Part shown: positions 26,487 to 36,695 of the stretch, piece after piece
How positions within the stretch are numbered: the first letter of the stretch is position 1
How the letters are laid out: each line of letters opens with the position of its first letter
Virus record (IMG/VR): IMGVR_UViG_3300031087_000001
Source: a virus
Reading direction: 5' to 3' (one strand)
Length of the DNA stretch: 64,000 bases
Notes under the pieces: generated by a model
Told to the model about the DNA's origin: nothing
Seen by the model: only the letters and a program-made list of their open reading frames with translations
Databases searched by the model: none
Program-made: the position numbers and the translations under genes

Positions 26487-28183
26487 GTATGGAAATGACG
26501 GGAAACAACATCGACCCCCAATGGCAACTCGGGGAAATCGGTGACGTCGTACGCTCCCGTCTTGAGGAGCGTGTATCTTCAGTAAGCCAGCTCACTCTCT
26601 ACATGCAGCGCAACGAAGCCGATCTGATTTACGGTTCACGCCTGCTGATGCAAATCGAAGCCATCTTGCACGAGGTCCGTCGTTCGGGCCTGTCTCGTGA
26701 CTTGGCAGTCGCAGTGGAGTCAACCCGTCCGGGGACAATCTCTCCGGTTACGCGCTCTATCCTGACGTCGAACTTTACAAAGACCGGCCAGAAGGAAACC
26801 GTGGTTGCACTGGAGTCCTGGGCTAACGCCGGTAAGATTGGCCTGATTATCCTGGCGCTGTCCTCCCTGATTAAAATCCTAGGCTGGATTATGGAGAAGG
26901 GATCAGGCTTTGCCGGTGATGCAGGTGCGGATGGTGGTGAGTACAAAGAGAAAGTCGACGGGAAAGTGGAAAGCTTCCAGGTTGACGGCACCACGGTACT
27001 TGACCAGCTGAACATCACGGTTATCAAAGACGCATACATGGAAGCCGCCAAAGGGCTGAAAGGTCGTGCGTTGGAGAACCTGAACCTGTCAGTGACGCTG
27101 GCGGATGAAGTGTTGTCGAACATGAAAGCAGAAGAGTACCTCAATGCGTTGGCTAACGCGCAGAAAGGCTCTCCGTTCACTAAACTGTTCAAAGGCTACA
27201 CTGACCGTCGCCAGAGCCAGCAGAGCGTGATTCACGACCTTCTGGATACCCTGCTGCAGCTGAACGTGACATCCGGTGTGTATCCGCATCAGGCCGCAGA
27301 GAAAGCGTTCCAGGGATTACCGCCTACCGTGCGTAAAGCCGGGGTGAAACTGCCCAACGACCTGAACTACAAACAGGCCAGCAATGTGATTGGTGAACTC
27401 ACCGGTTACTTCGCCAACCTGCAAAAGGTGTTCCACGCGCTTTCTGATCCGTCAATACAACAGGCGTATGAGAAAGGGGCGAAGGGTCAGGGGCTGGACG
27501 ATATCGGCACGCTGTTTGGGCAGGCACTGCAAACCCTGAACGGTACCATCTCCAGTTCTATTTCCGATGGTGCTGGCCGTGGCTTCAATTCTGCTTCCTT
27601 CCCGGTGGTGGCTATTAAGCCCGACCAGGAGCGTGACTTGGTTGGCTACAACATCTACGACAATCTCGGCAGTCAGCGTAAGGTTGCCGTCGCGACCGCG
27701 TCTGCGTACCTGAATGCGTCTTGTCTCGAAGAGATGCGTCAGAAGCTGAACCTGTCAGTGGGTGATGAGCGTGAGCTGTTGGCGGTGGTGGTTTCCCTCG
27801 GGAAGACCGGCTTTACCACCAACACGTACGACACCAACCTCAACAAGTACAGCACGCTGAACAAAGCGGTTGAGCAGACCATCAAGGAAGTGGAAGCTTG
27901 GCAGAAGCAACTGAAGAACAGTGATGGTGGTTTCATCAAATACATCTCTGACCTCGTGACGACCGAACTGAAACGTAATCCGAATGGCCTGCGCACCAAT
28001 GGGCGTGAGCTGTCGATGACGTACATGGACGGTGACGGGGATTTCTTCGATGCGCTGAAAGCTAACCTGACACTGGTCAAGCGTCTGTGCGAAGGGGTTG
28101 CGTCACTGCAGATTGTGCTGCAACGCTCGAAGCTGAATCCGCTGGTGAAGGGCAATCGCCAAACCGCCGATTCCGACGATTAA
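26483..28183 (+). CDS. Hypothetical protein (566 aa) with one predicted transmembrane helix
   Basis: Hydrophobic segment GKIGLIILALSSLIKILGWIM near aa 115; the rest is largely helical. A bidirectional terminator follows. Confidence 0.8.
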   Translation: MSMEMTGNNIDPQWQLGEIGDVVRSRLEERVSSVSQLTLYMQRNEADLIYGSRLLMQIEAILHEVRRSGLSRDLAVAVESTRPGTISPVTRSILTSNFTKTGQKETVVALESWANAGKIGLIILALSSLIKILGWIMEKGSGFAGDAGADGGEYKEKVDGKVESFQVDGTTVLDQLNITVIKDAYMEAAKGLKGRALENLNLSVTLADEVLSNMKAEEYLNALANAQKGSPFTKLFKGYTDRRQSQQSVIHDLLDTLLQLNVTSGVYPHQAAEKAFQGLPPTVRKAGVKLPNDLNYKQASNVIGELTGYFANLQKVFHALSDPSIQQAYEKGAKGQGLDDIGTLFGQALQTLNGTISSSISDGAGRGFNSASFPVVAIKPDQERDLVGYNIYDNLGSQRKVAVATASAYLNASCLEEMRQKLNLSVGDERELLAVVVSLGKTGFTTNTYDTNLNKYSTLNKAVEQTIKEVEAWQKQLKNSDGGFIKYISDLVTTELKRNPNGLRTNGRELSMTYMDGDGDFFDALKANLTLVKRLCEGVASLQIVLQRSKLNPLVKGNRQTADSDD

Positions 28184-28191
28184 AATAAAGG

Positions 28192-28227
28192 CTACCTACT
28201 CCCTGGGGAGTAGGTAGTTCTTTTTTA
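28192..28227. terminator. Bidirectional rho-independent terminator
   Basis: 11-bp stem CTACCTACTCC/GGAGTAGGTAG, with a T-run downstream and AAAATAAA upstream. It lies between convergent genes. Confidence 0.9.
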
Positions 28228-31182
28228 TTCTTTTGTCGTGTCGTGACGGTTGTAGGAGATGACAATGTCGTCTTTCAGACCGATATCCCCATTTGCTTCT
28301 ACATCCAGTTTCTTACCGATGGTGGCGCGTGAGGCTTCTGACACCACGGTAAACAGACGCATGTCTTTGTCTGGCCCCATGTTGTCTAACTCCACCCCAA
28401 TCACCGAACCCTCCAGTGCCGTTTTCAACAGGTTTCCGATTTCCGTTGCAGAGATGGTTAAGCTCGCTGCTAAGTAATCGTTAATCACTTGTGACGTCTT
28501 CTTACGAATTTGTGCCAGCAAGTCGGTGTTGTTACGGTTGGCCGCAGTCAGGTAATACTTGACTGTGAATTGGTTCTCTGCCGGAATCGGTGTGACCACC
28601 CCATCCTCAGTACGGCAATCGATGTACCCCATCGTGGTGATAGGCACAAAGAAGCCGTCTGTGCGTTCCAGCAGAATCGGTTTCAACGCCGGAAGGGTGC
28701 CGGTCACATAGTTCACCAAATCATCCACCACAGAGGCCAGATACTCTTTGGCGGCCTGGGTGGTAGCAAACTTGTAACGGGCATCAAAGACTGCCATCTC
28801 GCTGCGGAACTTAATGCTGCGCGGTTTGGCAATCACCGGGTTCCCGCTTTCATCGCGCACCAGACTGTTCTTCTCGTGCTCGATTTCTTGCTGGCCCGTC
28901 TCTTCGTTGATAACCGGGTCACCTTTCCGATGCTTATACACGACCTGGAGCGGCGGTGTAGCAGCAGGGTCATAGGTGTACTTCGGTACCCCTTCTTCGT
29001 CACGGTCGATAACATCCACTTTCCAGGTCGCCAGTACGTCTTCCTGGTAATACTCGTAGTTGATGGTATCGGTCACAGCTCGCGCTTTACGCCAGTAGTA
29101 GGTCAGCGCTTTCCCCAGTTCGATTTTGAAAATCTCATGGGTAATCCCAATCGCATCCCGCGTCGGTGGGGTAATCAGTGTGTCCATCTCGTAGCGCTCA
29201 TAATTGCCCGGATAGTACCCGGAGCAACCGTAGAACACATTGAACTCGGTTAACAGCCCCACCGGCGTATCCACCGGGTTCTCGCTGGTCATGCGGGTGT
29301 TGGTCAGTACCAGTTCGTCGTTACGGTCAACGTCGAGGTTACTTTCCAGCAGGAATTCCCACACACGCTCACTTCCTTGCTTGCCTACCAGTGTCCCGTT
29401 GATATACGCCAGGGTTCCATCACTGTTACGTGGCGTGAAGGAAATCTGGGCAAATACCTGGTCATCCCCGAGCGCCTGATACGGTGGCTCGGATTTGGTC
29501 ACGGTACGCAGCACATAACCAGCATCGGTTTTGCTGATGGTGTAGTCCGCCGTTACCACGCTAAGTTCGGTGGTGACGTTGGTGGTAATGAAACGCTTGG
29601 AACTGAGCTGTGGTTTATCCAGCTGATAGATACGCACGTCAATGGCTTTGTTGTTGATGTCCACCACGTAATAGAACGGGGTGAACAGATAACGTGAAGC
29701 GTTCCCGGCATTCACCAGGTCTTCTTTACGCATCGTTTTCGCCAACTCCGTCATCTGCGCATCAATCGACAGACTGGTATCGGTAAAGCGGTACAGCGTA
29801 TCCGGGCTGATGGTCAAACGGTTACCGTTCACCTTCACAGTTGACAGTGCCACCAATTCATCCCAGGAGAAGTACAGTGGTGCAGTAATCGTCCCAATCG
29901 GTGTACTGACTTTGGAGATGGTTGAGTCCAGCATCGGTGCGGTCAGGAAGTAAGTACGGCCGGTTACGTAGTCATTCGGCTTGGAGAGCGTGAGGCCGTA
30001 ATCCGACACCGTGGCTTCCAGTTGCTTTTCCGTCACCGGTAGACGACGGGCACCCACTGCGTTGTTAACCACACGATTACGCAGGTCATCGAACGACAGT
30101 TGCCCACGACCGCCAGTGGCCATGCGTCCGGCCGAAGCAGCCAGCATCTTAATCGAGAACGACTTAATCGGGTTGACGTAACTCGCATCGTACTCGCTGT
30201 TCAAGTCGCGCAGCGCGAATTTGTACTCGTCAGCCGGATAGGCCGAGACGTCGATACTGATTGGCCCCAGGGTGGTGTAGACGTCCATACGGATTTCACC
30301 GCTGACCAAATTCTTCGCCATGTAAATAGACGGGATGGTACAGCGGATATTCGACGCCCCGACTTGAATCAGCGCGGTCGGGGTATTCGGGTCATACACG
30401 TCACGGCTGTGCGTATGACTGATTTCTTCCCAGACGTTGCTGTTGAGCTTTTTCACCCACACCCGCACGTAGAAGAACTTGTTGGTGTACGCACGGGTCA
30501 TGACGAAGGTGTTCTGCCCTTCCACCGTATCCGACTCCGCTTTCACCGCATACTGCATGACCGGTAAATGGATAGCCAGCAGTTGCGAGGTTGTGGTGTT
30601 GGTGCTGGTTAACTCCCAGTCCAGGGCATTGGTGGAGACCGGAGAAATCGGTGACTGTGTATCGGTAATCCAGAGTACCTGGAACGCCGGAGACTCGTTA
30701 GTACCGTACGGCAACACACGAATCTCAATCGGGTACTGAATCGCAAAGGTGTAACCAGACACCGTGAATTCGGTATCGCGCGGAATTACCACCTTACGAA
30801 TGCCTGCCACGTTCAAAGGCCAGGCTTTCGACAGAATAGAGTCCACGTCCAACAGCAACAACAGCTCGGTGGTACCCGGCACGGCAAACACGTCTACGTA
30901 ATCGACATCCGACATGTGACGGAACAAATCGTCGTACGTCTGTGCCATACTGGCAAAGGTTTTCGGTACGGTTTCACGCGAACCCATGATGGTGGTGTGG
31001 CCCATCATCGTACCCATCTCAGCCAGATACACCACCGGGTCAGTAGGGTCGCGCAGCAGGATTTCTCCGTCGGCATCTTCGACGTCCTGCAAATGGTTTA
31101 GCTGGATGGACTGCATGGCTGCGGGGTTGTGGGCCAGCAGCAGCATGTTCTCGGCCATCGTTTTATAAGTGCTTGAGCTCAT
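28225..31182 (-). CDS. Hypothetical large protein (985 aa), probably structural
   Basis: Long uninterrupted ORF coupled to the upstream minus-strand gene by a 1-nt overlap. No recognisable motif; the structural guess rests on size and context only. Confidence 0.8.
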   Translation of the reverse strand: MSSSTYKTMAENMLLLAHNPAAMQSIQLNHLQDVEDADGEILLRDPTDPVVYLAEMGTMMGHTTIMGSRETVPKTFASMAQTYDDLFRHMSDVDYVDVFAVPGTTELLLLLDVDSILSKAWPLNVAGIRKVVIPRDTEFTVSGYTFAIQYPIEIRVLPYGTNESPAFQVLWITDTQSPISPVSTNALDWELTSTNTTTSQLLAIHLPVMQYAVKAESDTVEGQNTFVMTRAYTNKFFYVRVWVKKLNSNVWEEISHTHSRDVYDPNTPTALIQVGASNIRCTIPSIYMAKNLVSGEIRMDVYTTLGPISIDVSAYPADEYKFALRDLNSEYDASYVNPIKSFSIKMLAASAGRMATGGRGQLSFDDLRNRVVNNAVGARRLPVTEKQLEATVSDYGLTLSKPNDYVTGRTYFLTAPMLDSTISKVSTPIGTITAPLYFSWDELVALSTVKVNGNRLTISPDTLYRFTDTSLSIDAQMTELAKTMRKEDLVNAGNASRYLFTPFYYVVDINNKAIDVRIYQLDKPQLSSKRFITTNVTTELSVVTADYTISKTDAGYVLRTVTKSEPPYQALGDDQVFAQISFTPRNSDGTLAYINGTLVGKQGSERVWEFLLESNLDVDRNDELVLTNTRMTSENPVDTPVGLLTEFNVFYGCSGYYPGNYERYEMDTLITPPTRDAIGITHEIFKIELGKALTYYWRKARAVTDTINYEYYQEDVLATWKVDVIDRDEEGVPKYTYDPAATPPLQVVYKHRKGDPVINEETGQQEIEHEKNSLVRDESGNPVIAKPRSIKFRSEMAVFDARYKFATTQAAKEYLASVVDDLVNYVTGTLPALKPILLERTDGFFVPITTMGYIDCRTEDGVVTPIPAENQFTVKYYLTAANRNNTDLLAQIRKKTSQVINDYLAASLTISATEIGNLLKTALEGSVIGVELDNMGPDKDMRLFTVVSEASRATIGKKLDVEANGDIGLKDDIVISYNRHDTTKE

Positions 31183-32480
31183 TAGGAGGTACTCGACGTT
31201 ACGAGGGCGTTGCCGGAGTTATCCAACAAACCTGCCTTCTTGAGAATGTGCTGGTAGTCGCTTTGGTAAACGTACCAGGTGAGTTTGCGGCGCAAGGAGT
31301 CGATGTGTGGATAGCCGTAGTAGTTGAACAGTGGCAGGAGCTGTGGCGCAATCGGCACTAACTGGTCAGCCCCAATCGGCACGTAGTTACCACTCGCCAC
31401 ACTGCCCGGTTCCGGCAACATATCCGGGTTAAACATCGCCACCGTGGAGTTAAACATTTCCATGTACAGCGGGTCATCGAAACGGGCACCGATAAACTGC
31501 CAGTTTACGTTGATGGTGGTATCGTCCTGCATCTGTGGTTTGGAGTTGTCGACGTTTGCCATTTGCCCGGCATTGTCATTCATGGGCCAACCCACACACG
31601 CTGTCCAGAAACGGGTGATGTTCCCCAGGGCATCGTAGCGCAACCCGTAAGCACGGGATTGGTAGTCGATACGGCGCTGAATCGAGTTACGCATCTTCGG
31701 CTTGAACTTGCCCATCTTAATCCCAGACATGTACTCCAGCCAAATCCCCATCATGCGCATCACCGGGTTCCCGAATGGGTTGTTCAGTGACATCGACATG
31801 CTGTATTGGTTGTTAACTTCGTGGGTAGAATCCACCATCCCCCACTGCTCACGCATAATCCCTTCGTTCGACATCCAGTTATCGACACTCTGGTCAGGCA
31901 TCCCCGAAAGACTCAATAATTGTGTGCTGAGCAATGGTATGAATGCCTGCAGATTATCAAACATGATTTCTGAGAGGAAAGGGGTACCCAGACGGTTGAC
32001 GCGTCGACCGTTTACGATTGGCGGGTCAGGAAAGCCTAACTCGAAATCTGGGTCTAACGCCGCCAGAATGGAATAGTCAAGTGAGGACCGAGGCTGGGAC
32101 GCCATGTTAGACATCTTGCGCGAGTTTGCAATATTGTCGAAACAGAGGTTGAAGTCCGGTCGGGTAACAAACGTCACGCCACCGTATTCGCGGTTCACCG
32201 GCGTCGGGTTAGACGCCATCATATGGTTAAACCCCATATAGGGGTTGGTCATACGCTGCGCAGCTAGACCCAAACCTACTGTAAGACGGATTCGATCGTT
32301 CCACCCGGACAGCTCGCTGTTCTTGTCGTACGCGGTGGTGGGGTTATTGTTGTTTAGACGCCCGTTAAAATACCCTGCGACAGAGGGGACTGCATCCTGG
32401 TTATTGGGGTTCAGTTCGGCATCGGTCAAATCGGTATTCGGGTCATACCCCGGATTGTTCTTATCAGTCTCGTTACTCAT
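31182..32480 (-). CDS. Hypothetical protein (432 aa)
   Basis: The minus-strand ATG at 32480 is preceded by GGAG at 7-nt spacing. It is the first gene of a two-gene minus-strand unit. Confidence 0.8.
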   Translation of the reverse strand: MSNETDKNNPGYDPNTDLTDAELNPNNQDAVPSVAGYFNGRLNNNNPTTAYDKNSELSGWNDRIRLTVGLGLAAQRMTNPYMGFNHMMASNPTPVNREYGGVTFVTRPDFNLCFDNIANSRKMSNMASQPRSSLDYSILAALDPDFELGFPDPPIVNGRRVNRLGTPFLSEIMFDNLQAFIPLLSTQLLSLSGMPDQSVDNWMSNEGIMREQWGMVDSTHEVNNQYSMSMSLNNPFGNPVMRMMGIWLEYMSGIKMGKFKPKMRNSIQRRIDYQSRAYGLRYDALGNITRFWTACVGWPMNDNAGQMANVDNSKPQMQDDTTINVNWQFIGARFDDPLYMEMFNSTVAMFNPDMLPEPGSVASGNYVPIGADQLVPIAPQLLPLFNYYGYPHIDSLRRKLTWYVYQSDYQHILKKAGLLDNSGNALVTSSTS

Positions 32481-32506
32481 CTTTAACTCCGGAGTTTAGC
32501 TAAAAA

Positions 32507-33760
32507 ATGTCAGATAAAACAATTGAGACCTCAGTGGTCAATATTCTCTCGAGATTCCCTGACTTGCTGCGCCAGCGCGCAGAGTCAACGGAAGAGTTCA
32601 ACGCGATCCTCAACAATGAGCACATCACGCTGGTTGAGCAAAGCCTACTGGGTCTGGATTATCTTCCGGGTATTCTCGAAAAACTCCAAATCATGCTGGC
32701 TGCTAATCAGTTGACCGCAATCTCGTTACTGGTCGGTGTGCCAGAGGTAGATATCCTCGGTACGCTGGACAAAGTTAGCACCCAGCGTAATGTGCTGGAT
32801 AATGCTGCCCGTAGCGGTGCCCGCCTGGCTAAGTTTGCCGCCGGTGAGTCTTCCCGCTTTGGCTTGCCGTCATACGATAAAACCGCCATCGCGGTGGGCG
32901 AGTCTCGTCGCGGTGGACGCCGTAGCGATTTCATGCAGGGCAACAACTCGAAGTACGACGATTACTCAAGCGTTGGTGACACGATGAACAACATCGACGC
33001 CAGCCACCACGATAATCGCCAGGATAACCGCACCACCAACCATACCGTGAATAACATTGATAATTCCGGTAAGAACGGTAAGGTTGCGGCGACACTGCCG
33101 TCGAACACCCTGAAACAACTGCATGAGCAGGAAGGGCTGTCAAACGGTAAGCTGTTCTCTGTGACCTTCGAGCGTGACGGTAATAAAGTAGAGCTGCCAA
33201 TGCAGTTACGCCTGGCGGTGAAATCCCTGCCGACCGAACAAATCGAAACCATCATCGCGTTCAGCGATCAGACCAAAACGTTCTGGGAACGTGTGCTGCG
33301 TGCCAAGGTCGGGTCTCTGTCGTATGCGAAAGATATCGCGCTGTGTAACGACCTTATCGACGAATACCGTAAAAACCGTTTCCGTGATAAGTCCGGCTAT
33401 TACCGCAAGATGATGGAGAAGAAAAACGGCAACTGGCTGTCTGGCCTGCTGAGCCTGTCTCCGTCCATCAACAACGCCTCGTCGGTGATGGTGGTTTCTC
33501 AGGAGACCATCGACGGTCTGTCTGCACAGCTGGGCGGCGACTTCGACGACTTCAACGTCCGTCAGCGTGTATTCCAGGATACCCTGACTGTGTACTACGT
33601 CGTGGTTGATACCGTCTGGAACCGTGTCACCATTTATACTCGTGGTCAGGCTTCTCCGCGTGAGATGGACAAGTCCGACTTTAGTAAAGCGAAGGCCGGT
33701 AGCGGCGATGTGAACAAAATCATCGAAGCCTATCGTTCAGGCGCACAACCGGTTCTTTAA
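32507..33760 (+). CDS. Hypothetical protein (417 aa)
   Basis: Diverges from the 32480 gene with only 26 nt between the start codons. Central N/D/H-rich low-complexity stretch. Confidence 0.8.
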   Translation: MSDKTIETSVVNILSRFPDLLRQRAESTEEFNAILNNEHITLVEQSLLGLDYLPGILEKLQIMLAANQLTAISLLVGVPEVDILGTLDKVSTQRNVLDNAARSGARLAKFAAGESSRFGLPSYDKTAIAVGESRRGGRRSDFMQGNNSKYDDYSSVGDTMNNIDASHHDNRQDNRTTNHTVNNIDNSGKNGKVAATLPSNTLKQLHEQEGLSNGKLFSVTFERDGNKVELPMQLRLAVKSLPTEQIETIIAFSDQTKTFWERVLRAKVGSLSYAKDIALCNDLIDEYRKNRFRDKSGYYRKMMEKKNGNWLSGLLSLSPSINNASSVMVVSQETIDGLSAQLGGDFDDFNVRQRVFQDTLTVYYVVVDTVWNRVTIYTRGQASPREMDKSDFSKAKAGSGDVNKIIEAYRSGAQPVL

Positions 33761-33770
33761 GGGGTAAAAG

Positions 33771-34706
33771 ATGTCGATTCCTAATGCGTTGGCCATGTTG
33801 CTGCCAACTTTTGAATCCACGAATTTGAAAAACCAACTGTCATCCAACTGCGATGCCATTGGTGATGCGTTACTGCCTCAGTTCCAAAGCTTGCAGGAAC
33901 TCGTGGGGACAGTCCAGGGCAAACAGTTTAAATCTAAACCGGTTGCTGAGTTATCCGAGAATCTCGTGAAGTATCTCCACTCGTCCGGTCTGGACGTGAA
34001 GGGGCTGCGTAACGCCAGTATGCTCGAATACGTGATTGCCTCCATGGAAAACGTTCTGCAATTGCGCCCGTTCCTGGAGCAGTGCATCTCCCGTGATATC
34101 GGTAAAACGTTGGTGACGTCCTCGTTGACGTTCAACAAACAGACCGTGCTGCAGATACTCGATCTTATCGACTTCTTCACCGGTTACAGCAGCGTCTTGG
34201 TGAACTACATCACCGCGGAAGAACTCGCCTCCGTAGAAGGGTCGAACATTGCAGTGAAGGGAATCGGTCCGAAAGACCTTCAGTACCTGCAAACTCGTAC
34301 GGTCTCCTTCGGTATTGCGGTACGTGTTCTCGCCACCCCGATTGCGAAGCTGAAAGCAGACTACGCAGAAATCCCGGAAGCGGTCTTTGACGAAGACACC
34401 TATAACGACCTGGTCCGTCAGTTCGGTTCGAGCACGACTGACCCGTTAGGGATGTCCTCGGTTCCATTCCCGCTCTCGCTGGTTTACCGTGTGCGTCTCA
34501 ACATCGCCGAATGGCAGATGGATCGTTACGACGAATGTGTAGAGGCCGCGAAAGCGACCGAGCTGCGCATTCTGTTGTATAAAAAGCAGCAAGCGGATGG
34601 TAAGGGTGATGCGCACATTGAGAAGCTCATCGAAGCGCACGAGAAGCGCTTGATGGAACTCAAATACAAACGTGAGCGTCTGGAGAAAAAGTACGGGCTG
34701 AATTAA
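33771..34706 (+). CDS. Hypothetical protein (311 aa), coiled-coil C-terminus
   Basis: Shine-Dalgarno AAGGGG. The C-terminal heptad-like stretch reads KLIEAHEKRLMELKYKRERLEKKY. Confidence 0.8.
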   Translation: MSIPNALAMLLPTFESTNLKNQLSSNCDAIGDALLPQFQSLQELVGTVQGKQFKSKPVAELSENLVKYLHSSGLDVKGLRNASMLEYVIASMENVLQLRPFLEQCISRDIGKTLVTSSLTFNKQTVLQILDLIDFFTGYSSVLVNYITAEELASVEGSNIAVKGIGPKDLQYLQTRTVSFGIAVRVLATPIAKLKADYAEIPEAVFDEDTYNDLVRQFGSSTTDPLGMSSVPFPLSLVYRVRLNIAEWQMDRYDECVEAAKATELRILLYKKQQADGKGDAHIEKLIEAHEKRLMELKYKRERLEKKYGLN

Positions 34707-34727
34707 TCCCGTCGTCAGGAGTGCCTC

Positions 34728-35288
34728 ATGTCTGAAGAAATGAACCCCCACTTTAATCTGGCTGAGAAGAAAATTAAAAACTTCATGGCCATCATGACCC
34801 AAAACCCCGTCGATACACACGACGATAAATTGATTCATGAAACCCTGGAAGCGTGTGCGGTGGTATTACCGTATTTTCGTATGCTGGGCGCACCGTCCGT
34901 GCAGGATGTATTATATGACGAATATCCGCAAGTCGGTTTTACGTTTAATACGTTCTATAACGAGACGGTCGCGTTCTTGCTGGATGGTAAACGCCGTTCG
35001 ACTTCTGTCGGTCAGTGGTCGGTGTTGATGACGTCGTACATGAATGACGTACACAACACCAAGTCTGTAGAACATACCGGTGGACTGGGCAGCCGTTTGA
35101 TTTCGGCTGCGTTCGGTCGCGCGGGTAAAGTTCGCAACATGGGTAATGCACACCAAACGTGGAAAGCGGATGGTCGTCTATTATCTTATGCAGACCACGA
35201 ACTGCTGGCACGGTGGATGACACGTCCTAACGGGTTGTCTGATATGATTTCATCGTTAGCAGTGTTTTTAAAAATCGCACGTCCCTAA
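34728..35288 (+). CDS. Hypothetical protein (186 aa)
   Basis: AGGAG Shine-Dalgarno. Confidence 0.8.
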   Translation: MSEEMNPHFNLAEKKIKNFMAIMTQNPVDTHDDKLIHETLEACAVVLPYFRMLGAPSVQDVLYDEYPQVGFTFNTFYNETVAFLLDGKRRSTSVGQWSVLMTSYMNDVHNTKSVEHTGGLGSRLISAAFGRAGKVRNMGNAHQTWKADGRLLSYADHELLARWMTRPNGLSDMISSLAVFLKIARP

Positions 35289-35343
35289 GGGGGCCCCTTT
35301 CTAGGGGCGTGTAATTGGGTTATAACCTAAGGAAACAAACGAA

Positions 35344-36624
35344 ATGTCAAACTTTGCAAAACGCAGAATCGCTCGCGAGTCCGTTGAGACCGAAGGCGAT
35401 GTAATCGACGGTATCAGCAACGTTGAGCCAGCAGAAGAGAACATCGACGTCCAGCTGGCCGAAGTGGCCTCTATGGATGGTCAGCTCGAGCAGCTGGAAG
35501 GTGACGGTGAAACGCTGGCTGCGGACACCGAACGTACTGAAGCAGCGATTGACTCTGCTGACGACGACATCGAAAACGGCGAAGAAATGCCGGAAGAAGC
35601 GATTGCCCACCACGAAGTGGCGCAAGAGTCTATCCGTAAGCGTTGGGGTATCGATCGCACCAAACTGGCACGCGAATCTTTCCGCCGTGGCCGTGGCATG
35701 ACCAAAGCCGCGCAGGAAGGCTGGAAAGAAACCCTGAAAGATCTGTACAAGCGCTTCATCGAATTCTGTAAAGAAGTGATTGGCAAGATCAAAGATCTGA
35801 AACTGAAATACATCAACGTCGGTAAGTCTGCGCAGAAACGCGCCAAGGCGTACCAGGAAGCGATCCGTAAGCTGGGCAAAATTAAATCCGGTAAAGAGAA
35901 CATCTCTGGCGGCTTTATCAGCAAACTGTCCATCGAAGGTAAATTCGACGTTGCTAACTCTATTGCCATCGCGAAAGACGTGACCGGCGGTAAAGTGAAA
36001 GGCGCGATCACTGCCCTGGCTAAACAGGCAGACGAAACTGCGGTTGCTGTGAGCAAAGGCGACAAAGATGCGTTCTCTGCTCTGAAAGGCAACGAAGCTG
36101 TTACCCTGTTCGGTACCACTGCAACCAAACTGCGCAACCTGCCGCAGTTCGAAGACAGTGAATCTCAGAAACTGCTGGCACTGCCGGGCAACGCCTACAT
36201 CCAGTCTGGTTCTAAGAAACTGCCGGGTGACCACAGCTTCACTGCAATCGCGTTCATGTCTACTGGCGACAGCAGCGATGAGAAAGAAGTGTCTGTACCT
36301 AACGCTTCTTCTCTGTCTTCTGCTGCGTCTGCACTGGATGCTATCGGTAAGAACTTCGAAGGCGTGCTGAAAGACTTCCGCGTCTACGACAGCGAAATCG
36401 AGAAGCTGCAGCAGGCAGCTGAGAAAGCGGCTTCTGCGCTGGATAAATCCAACGACGAAACCGAGTGGGAAGGTCTGCGTTCTGCACGTTCTGCAGCTGA
36501 CCAGGCTGTTAAGAACTACCAGACCCTGAACCGTGCCGTGAACTACGTTGGTAACACTGTTATCAGCGGCCTGAATGGCTACATCGGTGCTGGTATCGGC
36601 GCGTACGAAAAGTCTAAAGCTTAA
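35344..36624 (+). CDS. Head-protein-like paralog 1 (426 aa), acidic N-terminus, repeated A-x-E motifs
   Basis: AAGGA Shine-Dalgarno and very strong codon bias. It shares MxNFA, ARESxE, VAQESIRKRWG, GKSxQxRAKxY, SGGFI, PNASxLSS and NGYIxAGIxAxEKSK with the next ORF. Confidence 0.85.
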   Translation: MSNFAKRRIARESVETEGDVIDGISNVEPAEENIDVQLAEVASMDGQLEQLEGDGETLAADTERTEAAIDSADDDIENGEEMPEEAIAHHEVAQESIRKRWGIDRTKLARESFRRGRGMTKAAQEGWKETLKDLYKRFIEFCKEVIGKIKDLKLKYINVGKSAQKRAKAYQEAIRKLGKIKSGKENISGGFISKLSIEGKFDVANSIAIAKDVTGGKVKGAITALAKQADETAVAVSKGDKDAFSALKGNEAVTLFGTTATKLRNLPQFEDSESQKLLALPGNAYIQSGSKKLPGDHSFTAIAFMSTGDSSDEKEVSVPNASSLSSAASALDAIGKNFEGVLKDFRVYDSEIEKLQQAAEKAASALDKSNDETEWEGLRSARSAADQAVKNYQTLNRAVNYVGNTVISGLNGYIGAGIGAYEKSKA

Positions 36625-36695
36625 TCGTATAGCCGAACCTCGGTTTCCAAATCATTAATGGCGGTACAGGTGTGCCGCCTAGAGGATCAAAGAAG

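Noticed and set aside
35286-35312. GGGGCCCCTTTCTAGGGGCG after the stop at 35288, considered as a terminator
   Set aside because: Only a 4-bp CCCC/GGGG stem is possible and no T-run follows. It may attenuate slightly, but it is not supportable as a terminator.
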